Below, in pieces: positions 29,040 to 40,379 of a stretch of DNA of 50,185 nt. The notes beneath the pieces are model-generated. The model saw only the letters and a list, made by a program, of their open reading frames with translations. It searched no databases and had not been told where the DNA came from. Made by a program: the position numbers and the translations under genes. Origin of the DNA: Balneolia bacterium (GTDB lineage: Bacteria; Bacteroidota; Rhodothermia; Balneolales; Cyclonatronaceae); assembly GCA_003555145.1 (NCBI GenBank), contig PWID01000176.1, positions 1 to 50,185 on the forward strand, in the 5' to 3' direction. How positions within the stretch are numbered: the stretch's first letter is position 1; every line of letters starts with the position of its first letter.

Positions 29040-32000
29040 TTAGAAATCAATTCCAAGACTAAAGTAATGGACCCTGCGTCCAAATCCGTCGAATACCTCA
29101 TCGGAATAAGGCCAGGCAATATCCCAGCGAAGTGGGAGCCCGAAAACAATGCTTCTCAGGCCAAATCCCATCCCATACAGTATCTCGTTTCTGTCGGTTC
29201 CATCCCATGTTGTTCCTGCATCGGCAAAAGCAACGCCCTGAATATTATATAGGGGGAATAATGGAATCGGACCCGGGATTGCGGCTGCAATCAGCGGAAA
29301 GCGAAACTCTACGTTACCAAGGGCAAATTTGTCTCCAACTCCTGCGGTATAATTCCATCCGCGCATCGGCAATGCCGGTAGCGTGAAGAAGATGTTAGCC
29401 AGGTTTTCTGCTGTTAATCTCTGGTCCTGTCTGAAGTTGATCCAGTTTGAAACACCACCAAGCAGGTAATTTTGAGGGTCCGGGCCAAAAGAAGCACCGC
29501 CAGAAGCCCGGAATGCTAAAGTATAGCGATTGCCAAGACTCACGTATTGGCGTAAATCTGCCGATGCAGAAACGAAGCCAAGAAAAGCATCCGATACGGG
29601 TACGCTTCCAGCTACTTCAAGTGCCATTCTGCTGCCCTTCCGTGGCGAGAGGAAACCAGGTATCGTAACATCACGCACATAACGCACTTGAGGATACAGT
29701 AATAAATCCTGCTCTGCAGAAGATTGCGCACCAGGTATAATATTACTCAGGTCCCGGCTTATACCTGTAAAAGCCTGAGTAAACTCAATTCTCTCAAATC
29801 GGTTCAGCGGATAAGAGATACCAATATCTGCAGTATACAGTCTGTATCTAACGATATCACCATTTATGGTCTGAAACTGAATTGAGTTGTGATTAAAACT
29901 GGTAAAGTAGTTTGTACGGTTCCGGAGATACGCATACTGCAGGAAATAGGTACTGTTTCTCAGGTCGAATACAAGATTACTGGCAAAAGTGAGCCTGTGA
30001 TCACCCAGCACATCGCTTACAGATGCCTGAAAAAATGAGAACGCCCCATACTGTGTACCTATTGATGCTGTTCCCTGTGTAAAGTCGGGAGAAAAGTTGA
30101 GACGATATCGCTTCGGAATAAATCGGCCATCTTCTGTACGGCTGTCGGCAAGCGTAAATCGATCTTCGCGTTCATCATCAGCAAACTCTTCCTCCAGTTC
30201 TTCCGAGAACTGGTAATTCCGGAAATCTATTACGTCGCTCCGCCGCTCATCATCACGATCTCGCCGGGTCGTTACTTCTTCAACAATTTCTTCTGATTCG
30301 TCTCGCGGCAGATCAGCTACCAGACCGTCTTCACGGAATTCAGAGACAAAAAGGTCGCGGGAAAAACCAACAGCCGGAACGCGCTGAGACTCCCTTTCTG
30401 TGGCTCTGCGCTGCGCCCAGTGGTTAGGTCTTAAATTGCCTGACTTAACGCGCTGAAGCGGGTTTTGAACAATGAAGATATCCAGAAAACCGGAATTAAT
30501 GCTGTTTACGGCCATTCTTGAACCATCAGGCGTAATAGAAAGCTGCATCACCCCTGTTATTAGGTCTGTAAGAGGTCTTGAAACACGTGTCTGGAGATTC
30601 ATCTGGTAAACATTCATGATGCCGTTTTGGTCAGACAGATAAATTAACTCTCCGTTTTGTGTCATCTGGGGTCGCTCCTCGTTCCACCCTTCTGTACTCG
30701 TGATACGCTGTGCCCGGGTTGAACCTACCCTTACCATGTAGATATCGGTCTGATTCAGATTTGGATTAGCCAACATGAAGTAATTTTCCTGGTATACTCC
30801 AAGATTAACGCGGGGTCCTCTGTCGGAAACAAAGAATACAGATTCAGAGTCATTCGACCATGCCGGATCGGTATCGCTGAAAATATCATTTGTTAGATTA
30901 ACGAAGTCTCCGGTTTCGAGACTATAAACATATATGTTAACCATGGAACCTTCAGTACCCTGGAACGCCAGTTTATTTCCGTCAGGAGACCATGCTACAG
31001 ATCGTATTGAGCGAAGGGTTGGAAACTGAATTTTACGCACGTTGCCACTTTCATAATCTACAATAGCAATATCGCTGCGTCCCCGTGTTGTCGTAGATAG
31101 AGCAAGCTGGCGTCCGTCGGGAGACCAGGTGAGATTAGGCCTAAGGATATTTAGCTCTTCAAAGTCGACGTTGTCTTCACCCCTAATCAGCGTTTTAATG
31201 CGACTACCTGTGTTTGCATCGAGAACCACTACATCAAAAAATCCTCTTCTGTTTGTAATCATAGCCAGCCGGTCACCCTGAGGCGAAAGAGCCGGACTTG
31301 TGTTGTAGCTTCCCCGAAAGTTTTCTTCCGTGATGTTGGTTCCAAACGTTTTGAGATTTTCCCGGTCGGCTACTTCCGGAAAATATTTTTTCTGAAGCCA
31401 GTCCCTCCAGCGATCAGACAGCTCCGAAAGGGTAAGTCCCGTAGATTGGCGCAAACTAAGTTCGAAGCTACGGTTTGTTTTCATCCGCTCCATGATTTCA
31501 CCAATCTTCTCGCGGCCATACTCCTGTACTATGAAGTCCCAGACGCCCTGTCCACCACGATAAGCGAAGAAACCACCTAAACCCTGAATGGGTGGCAGGT
31601 AACCGTTAACGGTAGCATCCCTCAAAAACATATCGGTGCTGGTATCCCAACCTAATGCGGTGTACTCAGCGAGACCTTCCTCTGCCCATAACGGAAATAT
31701 CCGGCGGCCTTCAGCTAAAAGCGCGTTAATATTACCGCCGTAGAACATATCGTTGATCATAGCGTGTACAAGCTCATGCTGCAAAACCCGGCGATAGTCT
31801 CCGTAGTCGGCCATGAACGGCATAGTAATACGGTTCTTGAACAAATCCGTTACCCCGCCAATACCCTGAGCGTTTACAGGTAAAGGAATAACATTAGTCT
31901 GGGAGAATGAGGCGTGCGAATCATATACAATAACGCGAATCCGCTCATTAATCTGGTGATTAAAATCCCTGGATAACTGCATATAGGCAGCTTCGAGACT

Positions 32001-32201
32001 ATGAGCCGTGAATTCTGCAAGCAGATAGTTTTCTGAATCGTAATAGTAAATGTCGAAATGTTCCGACTGTATAATGCGCCAGTCGTACTTCTCATACTGA
32101 ACACGGTTTTTTCCGAAATTAAAGGCCTGAGAGTGAACCAATTCCGCTTTAAACAGAAAGATTAGCAGACCGGTAATAAACAGCAGTAGGGTTTTGTTCA
32201 T
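29040..32201 (-). CDS. Omp85/BamA-like outer membrane protein with an N-terminal zinc-metallopeptidase-like domain and PD40 beta-propeller repeats
   Basis: Signal peptide; HELVH plus EEGLAEY; repeated W/LSPDG motifs; barrel with MRGW, GFGLR and terminal FSLGIDF. Confidence 0.88.
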   Translation of the reverse strand: MNKTLLLFITGLLIFLFKAELVHSQAFNFGKNRVQYEKYDWRIIQSEHFDIYYYDSENYLLAEFTAHSLEAAYMQLSRDFNHQINERIRVIVYDSHASFSQTNVIPLPVNAQGIGGVTDLFKNRITMPFMADYGDYRRVLQHELVHAMINDMFYGGNINALLAEGRRIFPLWAEEGLAEYTALGWDTSTDMFLRDATVNGYLPPIQGLGGFFAYRGGQGVWDFIVQEYGREKIGEIMERMKTNRSFELSLRQSTGLTLSELSDRWRDWLQKKYFPEVADRENLKTFGTNITEENFRGSYNTSPALSPQGDRLAMITNRRGFFDVVVLDANTGSRIKTLIRGEDNVDFEELNILRPNLTWSPDGRQLALSTTTRGRSDIAIVDYESGNVRKIQFPTLRSIRSVAWSPDGNKLAFQGTEGSMVNIYVYSLETGDFVNLTNDIFSDTDPAWSNDSESVFFVSDRGPRVNLGVYQENYFMLANPNLNQTDIYMVRVGSTRAQRITSTEGWNEERPQMTQNGELIYLSDQNGIMNVYQMNLQTRVSRPLTDLITGVMQLSITPDGSRMAVNSINSGFLDIFIVQNPLQRVKSGNLRPNHWAQRRATERESQRVPAVGFSRDLFVSEFREDGLVADLPRDESEEIVEEVTTRRDRDDERRSDVIDFRNYQFSEELEEEFADDEREDRFTLADSRTEDGRFIPKRYRLNFSPDFTQGTASIGTQYGAFSFFQASVSDVLGDHRLTFASNLVFDLRNSTYFLQYAYLRNRTNYFTSFNHNSIQFQTINGDIVRYRLYTADIGISYPLNRFERIEFTQAFTGISRDLSNIIPGAQSSAEQDLLLYPQVRYVRDVTIPGFLSPRKGSRMALEVAGSVPVSDAFLGFVSASADLRQYVSLGNRYTLAFRASGGASFGPDPQNYLLGGVSNWINFRQDQRLTAENLANIFFTLPALPMRGWNYTAGVGDKFALGNVEFRFPLIAAAIPGPIPLFPLYNIQGVAFADAGTTWDGTDRNEILYGMGFGLRSIVFGLPLRWDIAWPYSDEVFDGFGRRVHYFSLGIDF

Positions 32202-32281
32202 AGATTGGGAAACAAACGTAGGATTAACTTGATAGTCACTTAACGGAAATCAACCTGTTTTCTTACAAACATATTGGATCG

Positions 32282-34507
32282 TCAGGCAAGAACGAAATCA
32301 ATTTGTCGAAGCTCGGCATTCGTATTAAGGACACGAACCTTTAACTCATCACCCAGCTTATAAGTTCTGCCCCTGTTTCTACCGGTAAGACAATGTCTTC
32401 TTTGGTCGTAAACGTAGAAGTCATCATTTAATTCGCTCATACTTATCATTCCTTCACAATAAATATCTTTGAGCAGGATATAGATGCCTTTATCAGTAAC
32501 ACCGCTAACTATGCCTTCAAACTCACTGCCAATTCGTTCTGACAGATATTCTACCTGCTTCAACTTTACGGAATCGCGTTCGGCACTTACCGCGGCTCTC
32601 TCTCTTTCGCTACAGTGTTCGCCGTACTCCACGAGCTCTTTAAAGTTGTACGACTTTTTTTCTTCAGCGTATTTTTTGAGCAGACGATGCGTAATTACAT
32701 CAGGGTAACGTCGTATCGGGCTGGTAAAGTGGGAATAGTGCTGAAAGCCCAGACCAAAGTGACCGATATTTTTAGGGGAATACTCGGCTTTAGCCATCGA
32801 GCGAAGTAAAAGATCGTTTATCGTATATTCGATGTTTTTGCCTTTCACTTTGTTAACCAGATCGTTAATGGCTTTTGCGTCTACTTTGTCCTTACGAACG
32901 TCAAACTCAATACCTACCACCCGAACATGTTCAGCCACCTGTTCGAGTCTTTCCATGTTGGGTTGCGCGTGAATGCGGTAGAAAAATGGATAGAGATTAT
33001 CTGTGATTTTCTTGCCCGATTTCTCCCTGAGTTTTTCAACATGCTCAGCTACCGTTTTATTAGCCAGAAGCATGCACTCTTCGATTAAACGGTGAGCCTT
33101 AAACCTTTTCTTAAGGATAACTTCAAGCGGCTTACCATTTTTATCCAGCACAAATTTTGGCTCCGGATTATCAAAATCGATAGCGTTTTCTTCAAATCGC
33201 TTTTCAGTAAGTCTGTCTGTAAGCTTAACGAGATGCTGCATAGGCTCGGAAAGTACATCATGATGCTTGCCTTCGATAATCTCCTGGGCCTCTTCGTAAG
33301 TAAGGCGAAACTTGGAATTGATGGCCGTTTCTTCAATAGAATAATCCACCACCTCGCCCCTGGGCGTGACTTCCATAAAACAACTATAGGCCATTTTGTC
33401 TTCATCTGGCCGAAGACTACAAACGCCGTTGCTTAACTTTTCCGGCAGCATTGGTATAACACGATCTACCAAATAAACACTGGTTGCACGCTGTATAGCG
33501 GCTTCATCGAGTATGGTGTTCGGGCGCAGGTAATGAGTAACATCGGCTATATGTACACCAAGCTTGTAATTACCATTATCAAGATGGGTGATGTCTAAAG
33601 CATCATCAAAATCTTTAGCATCATGGGGGTCTATGGTAAATACTAGTGCTTTACGATAGTCTGTGCGTTTTGCAATATCTTTTGCTGAAGGAAATTCCGG
33701 GATGTTATCACAGTAGGCTTCAACCTCCGGGTCGAAGGCTCCTAACATATCGTTTTCGGCCAGAATCGATAATATTTCAGCGTTGTTGGTACCTTTTTTT
33801 CCAAGCACTTCTTTTATCGATGCTTCAGGTAAAGAACGCGGATGAATCCAGCTCTCCAAAGCAAATGCGACTTTATCGTCTGGTTTAGCATCGGTAACGT
33901 TCTCTGGCTTCACAAAAAACTTTACGTGTGCTGATTTCTCGTCTGGCTGTATCACATACGCATGCTTTCCTTCTTTCTTTAATGTTCCAACGTACACACT
34001 TTTGCCACGTTTAACGACTTCCAGTACTTTACCTTCGGTTCTACCGCGTCCATTACCCGTGATACGGATTTTAACAGTGTCTTTGTCGAGCGCCACGCCT
34101 AAGCCTTTTCCGGGAATTCTGATGTCTTCCTCATGGCCTTCAAGCGTTACGAAGCCAGTTCCATGTCTGTTAATGGAAATTCTGCCGGTGTCTGCAGGGG
34201 AGTCAGCAGATGGTTTAGCCGAGCTTTTATGAGGCTTTTCAGCTTGTTTCTTCTTGGTCTTAAGATTTTCCTTAGGTGCTTCTTTTGCAACAGTAAGCTT
34301 TGTTAGACTAAGCTCGCTTTTGTTGTTGCGATCTACAAGTCCGTTGTCAGTGAGGTTACGTAGTGCACGCTTAAAGGTTTTTAAGTCACCCCCCGTAAAC
34401 TTCACGGTGTCCATAATCAGGCCTTCTGGTACTTCGTATTGTTTATGTTTTTTAAGAAACTCCAGAATAAACTGTTCAATCTCTTTTACGTTTTTCTTTT
34501 TTCCCAT
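32282..34507 (-). CDS. rnr: Ribonuclease R
   Basis: TIDPHDAKDFDDA, HIADV, HFTSPIRRYPD and a C-terminal S1 domain. Confidence 0.96.
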   Translation of the reverse strand: MGKKKNVKEIEQFILEFLKKHKQYEVPEGLIMDTVKFTGGDLKTFKRALRNLTDNGLVDRNNKSELSLTKLTVAKEAPKENLKTKKKQAEKPHKSSAKPSADSPADTGRISINRHGTGFVTLEGHEEDIRIPGKGLGVALDKDTVKIRITGNGRGRTEGKVLEVVKRGKSVYVGTLKKEGKHAYVIQPDEKSAHVKFFVKPENVTDAKPDDKVAFALESWIHPRSLPEASIKEVLGKKGTNNAEILSILAENDMLGAFDPEVEAYCDNIPEFPSAKDIAKRTDYRKALVFTIDPHDAKDFDDALDITHLDNGNYKLGVHIADVTHYLRPNTILDEAAIQRATSVYLVDRVIPMLPEKLSNGVCSLRPDEDKMAYSCFMEVTPRGEVVDYSIEETAINSKFRLTYEEAQEIIEGKHHDVLSEPMQHLVKLTDRLTEKRFEENAIDFDNPEPKFVLDKNGKPLEVILKKRFKAHRLIEECMLLANKTVAEHVEKLREKSGKKITDNLYPFFYRIHAQPNMERLEQVAEHVRVVGIEFDVRKDKVDAKAINDLVNKVKGKNIEYTINDLLLRSMAKAEYSPKNIGHFGLGFQHYSHFTSPIRRYPDVITHRLLKKYAEEKKSYNFKELVEYGEHCSERERAAVSAERDSVKLKQVEYLSERIGSEFEGIVSGVTDKGIYILLKDIYCEGMISMSELNDDFYVYDQRRHCLTGRNRGRTYKLGDELKVRVLNTNAELRQIDFVLA

Positions 34508-34573
34508 TCAGGCTATTCCGATTGTGATTTGTATAAATTCGAGGATACGTTATGTCTGGTAATCCTTTAAAGT

Positions 34574-37500
34574 TTAATCTGAGGAGGCCATATCCGGCTC
34601 TTCTTCTTTTTTCTGATGACTTCCGAAGAGTTTATTAACAGAACCCCATATTCGGTCTCTTAATTCACCCCAAGTGTTAAACTGCACCCTGGCTTCCACT
34701 CCAACCCCGTATATTTCATTGGTTTGGGTTTGGCCTACAGATACTGCAGAAGGTAACAATGATTCTCTGCGCATGAAAGCTTCCACAGAAAAATACCGGT
34801 TAATGCGGTATGTAACGTCGAAATCGCCCAGATTCGAGTTTGGACCAGTAACCGTTCCTTCACGGCGAAGGGTGAGGCGGTCGTCGAATAAGCGCAAAGC
34901 TATTCCCAAATCGGCTTCTTCAAATCCGGTCATATTAAGGTCTATATCAAGGTTACTGATATTTGAATTCAGGATATTGCTAATTTGTGATGACAGCAGT
35001 GTACTTAAACCCTGAGCCCCGAACTGGCTACCGAATAAATCATTTAGCTGTGTATCTCGAGGTACAAAGTTACCTGAGAGCAGGATACTTGTTGCCTGGA
35101 GCAGCTTTTCGTCTTCATCATTAATAATAGCTAGTATAGTAGCAGATTGTGATATATCTGTACCGGTTGGAAATTCGAAAAAGAAATCGTTTTCAATACT
35201 ATCTAAGGTACCCGTAATTTGAAGAATAAGATCGACAGGGGTTCTTTGCGGAGTATCATCTGCCTGCCCCGGTCTGAGCACGTTAATATTTGGGCGTGCT
35301 CTGTATGTAGCCGAAACGTCAATTCTGGCATTTACCGGATCGCCTTCCCAGCTTATGGTTCCGCCTTCCCGAATTGAAAATCGCCTCGTAAAGATATCAC
35401 CGCCCACGAACAGATAATCACCACCGGCTACATCGAATCTGCCAAACACCTGAAAAACCTCGTCCTGCAGTGCTAACCGTATTCGGCCGGTACCGCGTGC
35501 AGAAAGAATTTCGGATGTAACATCATCAAAAATAATGCGGACCAGCATGTTATCATCAGCCTGAAACTGAAGATCCATCTCAAATTTCTCCATAAACGTG
35601 AGATCGGCATTGTCGCTGATTCTTATACCGCCGTTAGTTGAACCGTTTCGGCCATTGTTGTTACCCAGCGCGTTTAAATCGATGATTTGCGAAAAGTCAT
35701 CTACAAACTGTATAAAGCGTGTACCACCCTCTACGCTTTGGTCTGTGGATACGGGAATTGAAAAAACCGAGTTTGAGCTAAGGTAAACGGGCGTTGGAGT
35801 GGATATAAAGGGCTGATCGTTGGTACCCATCAAGCGAACCGTTCCTGTACCTACTCCCCGCCCGTAAAACGGTATTTCAGGTCCGGCTCTGTTATTTAAA
35901 AAGGTAAGGCTGTTCATATCAAGCGCTAGATCAAAAACGGTACCCCCTCCAAAAAGCTCAAAGTCGATATTTCCTCTAAGCGTACCAGTACCTCCGTTTG
36001 AATCCCTAACAGATATGTTATTGAGAGTTACTCCGTTTTCGCTGTTCAAATCCAGATTTCCATCGAGGTTAAGAGTCGTTAAGAGAAAAACAGGAACCAC
36101 ATTTACATCGATAATATCGAAGCTTGAGTCATAATGTAGCCCGTCTCTGCGAAGCTTCAGTACCCCTTCTCCTCTGGCGCGTCCCTCAACCTGTTCAAAA
36201 ACACCATCTACGATAAGGGGAAGAACCCAAAGATCTATCTCATTCATTGTTACATCAAAAGATGCGAACAGAGCATCCTCTGCATCTCCAGCGTTTTGCA
36301 GCGTATTGATGAAACCCTCGACAATAATGTCCTGACCAATATCTTCATTCCGTTGTAAATACGTTTGATATCGCTCTGAATCCGTTCGTATGGTAAGACG
36401 GGTGTCGAAACGTTCATTTTCTGCATCAAAACGGCTTCGGAAACCTACGTCCCCAACAAGGCGATTATCTAATCTGAGCGCTTCTACCTGTATATCACCC
36501 ATAAAGTTTGGATCCGTACGAATAGAACGTGTAAAGAATGTACCGTCTAAAACCCCGGAAAAGTTCACGCGACCGTTTATCAGACTTGAAATACGCTCAA
36601 GCTCGATACCACTAAACAAATATGAAACTGAATCTTCAGGGCTTTCACTAAATGTACCGTCAATTATGATGCGCTCCTGCAAATTTCCAAATTCCAGCCT
36701 GTTTACATGTACCCTGCCGCTGTCGTCAATACGAATCGGGGTTTGTTCTATGTTTTGCCAGGTATAGGCTTCATCACCAACATAAAAGTCCATAATCCGG
36801 ATGTCGACATCACGATCCGAGAATACGGCACTTAGCATGGCTCCGAGCTCAACATCATCACCGATAATGGTTTTAAAACGCTGTAGTACCAGTGCCTCAT
36901 CGTAAGCATCTACGTAAAGGTCTGCATTTCTGAACTGTTGCCCCGCAGCATCCAGACTCGCGAATAGCACTTCGAAATTTCCTTCAAAAAAATCTGTAGC
37001 CCTGCCTCGATGATAGCTGGAGTTTGCACGCACTACCAGGCTATCGAGCTGCAATACATCCAATTCGATAAAATCGGAATAGAGCTGCGTTTCAATATTG
37101 AATGTTTCGCGATTGCTTCTGAGCGTTGCGTCGAGATTAGAAATAGTTGTGATCTCAGGAAAGCCGGGAAAGATTTTATTTATAAGCGACAAATCATCAA
37201 TTCTTGCCCGAATGGTTAATTCATTTTCCAATAAGTCTTCATTAACCTCTGCAGGCGGTAGTAATTCGGAATCGGCAATATCGTACACAGATGTTTCGCT
37301 GATTCGCTGGCTGATTTCGGAAATCCAGTAACGGGTTGTTTCTATAATTCGTGTTGGTACAACAGAACCCGAGATTTCAGCTTCGAGCATTGTTCCACCT
37401 ATTCGAAGTGATCTCCCCTGCGAATTAGGCTTATCTAAAAATGCAAAGAATTCATGTTCTTCTATATATTCATCACCATAATCGGAATCGTAGATATTAA

Positions 37501-39241
37501 GAAATACTTCACCCGAGTAGTTATCAAGTTCGGATCCCGTGGCATTAAGGGTAAAGGTTGTGTTCACTCTGCCCTCTTTTACGCTGCCATCAGGAACGAG
37601 CCGGGCTGGATTGAACTCTACCGTATTCCCCTCCAGATTAATAGAGGGCTCTTTCTGCATGAAATCTATCCAACCATATGCACGTAAACGGGAATCACCG
37701 GTCTGTCTAATGGTGAGGTCAGGTTCCAGAAAGCCGTCATCCAGAACAGCATTTAAATCCAGCTCATTGAGATCAAAGTCATTAATCTTACTGTCTCTGA
37801 TTTGGATAAATAAAGATGCCGTAGCATCTTCAATATCATCTCCTGCTCCTTCCAGACGAAACGCACTGTTAAGACGCGAATCCCCCAGGGCAAGACCCGG
37901 CATCTGTTCAAACCGAAGATTGTCAATTTCACCTTCGACCAGATAATAAAGTTTTTCACGCCAGTCAATTTCACCGGAAAACTCAATATCGCCAGTATCG
38001 GATGTAATTGAGACATCTGATTTTACATGGAACCTGCTCCCGTTTGCATCACCACGAAGAGTAAAAAGACCCATTTCGGGGAATAAAGCCTGCTGTTCGG
38101 GAAACAGAATGGCCATATCATCATAATGCAGATTAATGAAGTCCAGAACCAGATCGTAATCCAGCTCACCTGCAAGGTCCGATGCCTCTCCGTAAATCAT
38201 AACTGTACTTTTGCCATATCGCAGATCTAAACGGGATAATTGCAGATTCTCCTCGTTTATAACGGTCCGGAGATCTATTTCAACAGGCTGTTCAAGGATT
38301 GGTATATCCGGAAACAGATCGGAGAATTCATTAGTAAGAACTGAACTTTCATCTATCCGGAAATTAAGAGTGGATTCCTTCATTTGTCCAATCAGATCTG
38401 CTTTAGCGATATCCACTCCTTCAAAAGCAGCCGTGAATCTGAGATTGGATTTAGCCGTGCGGAGAGAAAATCTGTTTAACTCAAAAAATCGATCATCAGC
38501 ATAAACCTGTCCGCGAAATAAAAATTCTTCAAAATCAAATGAGCTTGTTTTACCACTGAATTCTCTGAATCCGAGAAACTGCTCTTCAGCAGAGAGTTCC
38601 AGACTTAACCGAAGGGTGATGTCTTCTATGATAAAAGATTTGGGAAGCTTAATAGAGGCATCATCATCAAGGAATGTATGAAGATTGTTACCCGTAATTA
38701 TGCCATTGGAAATATTAAGTTCCTGCAGATCGAGCCGGGGTAGCTGATTGGTGTCGAAACCGTCGCCTGAAGTTTCTCTGGCGCCGGACACAGAATAACG
38801 TCGTTCAAATGCACGTGCAATGGTAAGGTTTTCACCATCAGATGTGCGGTTCAAATTGATCAAAGGGTGATCGATGGAAGCCGTTGAAATGGTAAATCTG
38901 TTAAACAGGGACTGTCGGAGGTCTAGTCTTAGATAAATATCCCTGGCAGCAAGTACTGTGTCTGAAAGTATTATAAGGTCGTCGCTGTCAGTTTCGTTAT
39001 AAACTATTGCTACATCACTTAGTCGCAAGTCCACCGGAAGTGTACCCTGAACTTTACCGAATGAGATTTCACCATAGTATTGCTCATCGAAACTGCTCTT
39101 AATTTCGAGTGCGATACGGTTTTGAACCGACTCGAACTGAAGGAGAAGAAGTGCAATACCCAGAAGAAAAGACAACAGCATGAGTACACTGAATACAGTT
39201 ATCCAGAAGTATCTCCATAAATTGTATATCCATTTAAGCAT
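34574..39241 (-). CDS. tamB: Translocation and assembly module TamB / AsmA-like protein
   Basis: 1555 aa, N-terminal TM anchor, repetitive beta-strand character, C-terminal DUF490-like region (GGTISWEGDP, LFDDRL). Confidence 0.85.
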   Translation of the reverse strand: MLKWIYNLWRYFWITVFSVLMLLSFLLGIALLLLQFESVQNRIALEIKSSFDEQYYGEISFGKVQGTLPVDLRLSDVAIVYNETDSDDLIILSDTVLAARDIYLRLDLRQSLFNRFTISTASIDHPLINLNRTSDGENLTIARAFERRYSVSGARETSGDGFDTNQLPRLDLQELNISNGIITGNNLHTFLDDDASIKLPKSFIIEDITLRLSLELSAEEQFLGFREFSGKTSSFDFEEFLFRGQVYADDRFFELNRFSLRTAKSNLRFTAAFEGVDIAKADLIGQMKESTLNFRIDESSVLTNEFSDLFPDIPILEQPVEIDLRTVINEENLQLSRLDLRYGKSTVMIYGEASDLAGELDYDLVLDFINLHYDDMAILFPEQQALFPEMGLFTLRGDANGSRFHVKSDVSITSDTGDIEFSGEIDWREKLYYLVEGEIDNLRFEQMPGLALGDSRLNSAFRLEGAGDDIEDATASLFIQIRDSKINDFDLNELDLNAVLDDGFLEPDLTIRQTGDSRLRAYGWIDFMQKEPSINLEGNTVEFNPARLVPDGSVKEGRVNTTFTLNATGSELDNYSGEVFLNIYDSDYGDEYIEEHEFFAFLDKPNSQGRSLRIGGTMLEAEISGSVVPTRIIETTRYWISEISQRISETSVYDIADSELLPPAEVNEDLLENELTIRARIDDLSLINKIFPGFPEITTISNLDATLRSNRETFNIETQLYSDFIELDVLQLDSLVVRANSSYHRGRATDFFEGNFEVLFASLDAAGQQFRNADLYVDAYDEALVLQRFKTIIGDDVELGAMLSAVFSDRDVDIRIMDFYVGDEAYTWQNIEQTPIRIDDSGRVHVNRLEFGNLQERIIIDGTFSESPEDSVSYLFSGIELERISSLINGRVNFSGVLDGTFFTRSIRTDPNFMGDIQVEALRLDNRLVGDVGFRSRFDAENERFDTRLTIRTDSERYQTYLQRNEDIGQDIIVEGFINTLQNAGDAEDALFASFDVTMNEIDLWVLPLIVDGVFEQVEGRARGEGVLKLRRDGLHYDSSFDIIDVNVVPVFLLTTLNLDGNLDLNSENGVTLNNISVRDSNGGTGTLRGNIDFELFGGGTVFDLALDMNSLTFLNNRAGPEIPFYGRGVGTGTVRLMGTNDQPFISTPTPVYLSSNSVFSIPVSTDQSVEGGTRFIQFVDDFSQIIDLNALGNNNGRNGSTNGGIRISDNADLTFMEKFEMDLQFQADDNMLVRIIFDDVTSEILSARGTGRIRLALQDEVFQVFGRFDVAGGDYLFVGGDIFTRRFSIREGGTISWEGDPVNARIDVSATYRARPNINVLRPGQADDTPQRTPVDLILQITGTLDSIENDFFFEFPTGTDISQSATILAIINDEDEKLLQATSILLSGNFVPRDTQLNDLFGSQFGAQGLSTLLSSQISNILNSNISNLDIDLNMTGFEEADLGIALRLFDDRLTLRREGTVTGPNSNLGDFDVTYRINRYFSVEAFMRRESLLPSAVSVGQTQTNEIYGVGVEARVQFNTWGELRDRIWGSVNKLFGSHQKKEEEPDMASSD

Positions 39242-39269
39242 TATTTCCTGCGCTGTTGTCTTTGATTCT

Positions 39270-40379
39270 TCAGGCGTATTGAAGTTTAAGTTCTTTTATT
39301 TTTGTTAGTGTTGCAGCCCAGACTTTGTAAATAAGCTCGATATCGTCTACTTGTTCAACATATGGCCTTCCATATTGCTTAAGTACAACAAATCTAAGCC
39401 CTGTAGCAGATCTTTTTTTGTCTGTTTGCATGGCGCTCACAAGTTGTTCCGGAGTAATAGCGATATCGATTCCTGAGATCATCATGCTGTTAAAGTGCTG
39501 CTCAATTAATTCTTCTTTAATGGTTGCGCCCAGCTCCCGCGAAAGAATTCCGGCTGCAATCATACCTATATAAACGGCCTGCCCATGCGAAATCTTGCCA
39601 TAACCCAATTGTTTTTCAATAGCGTGTGCAAATGTATGGCCATAGTTGAGAATCATCCTCAGATTACTCTCTTTTGTATCGCGAATAACAATGTCTGTTT
39701 TAACTTTAATACAGCGCTGAACTATTGACTTCAAAAGCGATGTATTATCTCTTAGTTCGGATAAATCCCGTGTAGAAAGAATGGTTAGAATATCCGGGTC
39801 GGCTATAGCGCCGTATTTTAATATTTCACCAAAACCACATAAAAACTCTTCATCAGATAGTGTAAGAAGAGCATTTAATGGTGCAATAACGGCTTTAGGC
39901 TGGTAGAACGTACCTACTAAGTTTTTACCCGCGGGATGGTTTATTCCGGTTTTGCCTCCAATAGAGCTGTCTACAATCGCCAGAAGTGTTGTTGGGATAT
40001 GTATAAGTGGCAGTCCGCGCATTACAGTCGAGGCAACAAAGCCGCCTAAATCACCAGTAACACCACCGCCAATTGCGTAAACGGGTACATTCCGGTCGGG
40101 ATTATGAGACAGGCAAAAGGTTACCATTTCCATCCACTGTTGCGTTGATTTTGAAGACTCACCGGCTGGGATACTGTAAACAATAGGTTCATCGTATAAA
40201 GCGGTGATACTTTCAACAAGCTCAGACTGCAGCTCCAGCACATTGGAATCAACAAAAAAGAAAGCTTTAGTGCTGTTGTAAAGAGAAGAAATTTTTTGAA
40301 TTTCACTTAACGGTTCATCTCCCACTGCAATGATGTATTCATCGCTTTGTTGAGTGCGTACCTGTTGTTTATCGAGCAT
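39270..40379 (-). CDS. aroB: 3-dehydroquinate synthase
   Basis: GGGVTGDLGGF, PTTLLAIVDSSIGGKTGIN, NYGHTFAHAIE and HGQAV motifs. Confidence 0.96.
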   Translation of the reverse strand: MLDKQQVRTQQSDEYIIAVGDEPLSEIQKISSLYNSTKAFFFVDSNVLELQSELVESITALYDEPIVYSIPAGESSKSTQQWMEMVTFCLSHNPDRNVPVYAIGGGVTGDLGGFVASTVMRGLPLIHIPTTLLAIVDSSIGGKTGINHPAGKNLVGTFYQPKAVIAPLNALLTLSDEEFLCGFGEILKYGAIADPDILTILSTRDLSELRDNTSLLKSIVQRCIKVKTDIVIRDTKESNLRMILNYGHTFAHAIEKQLGYGKISHGQAVYIGMIAAGILSRELGATIKEELIEQHFNSMMISGIDIAITPEQLVSAMQTDKKRSATGLRFVVLKQYGRPYVEQVDDIELIYKVWAATLTKIKELKLQYA

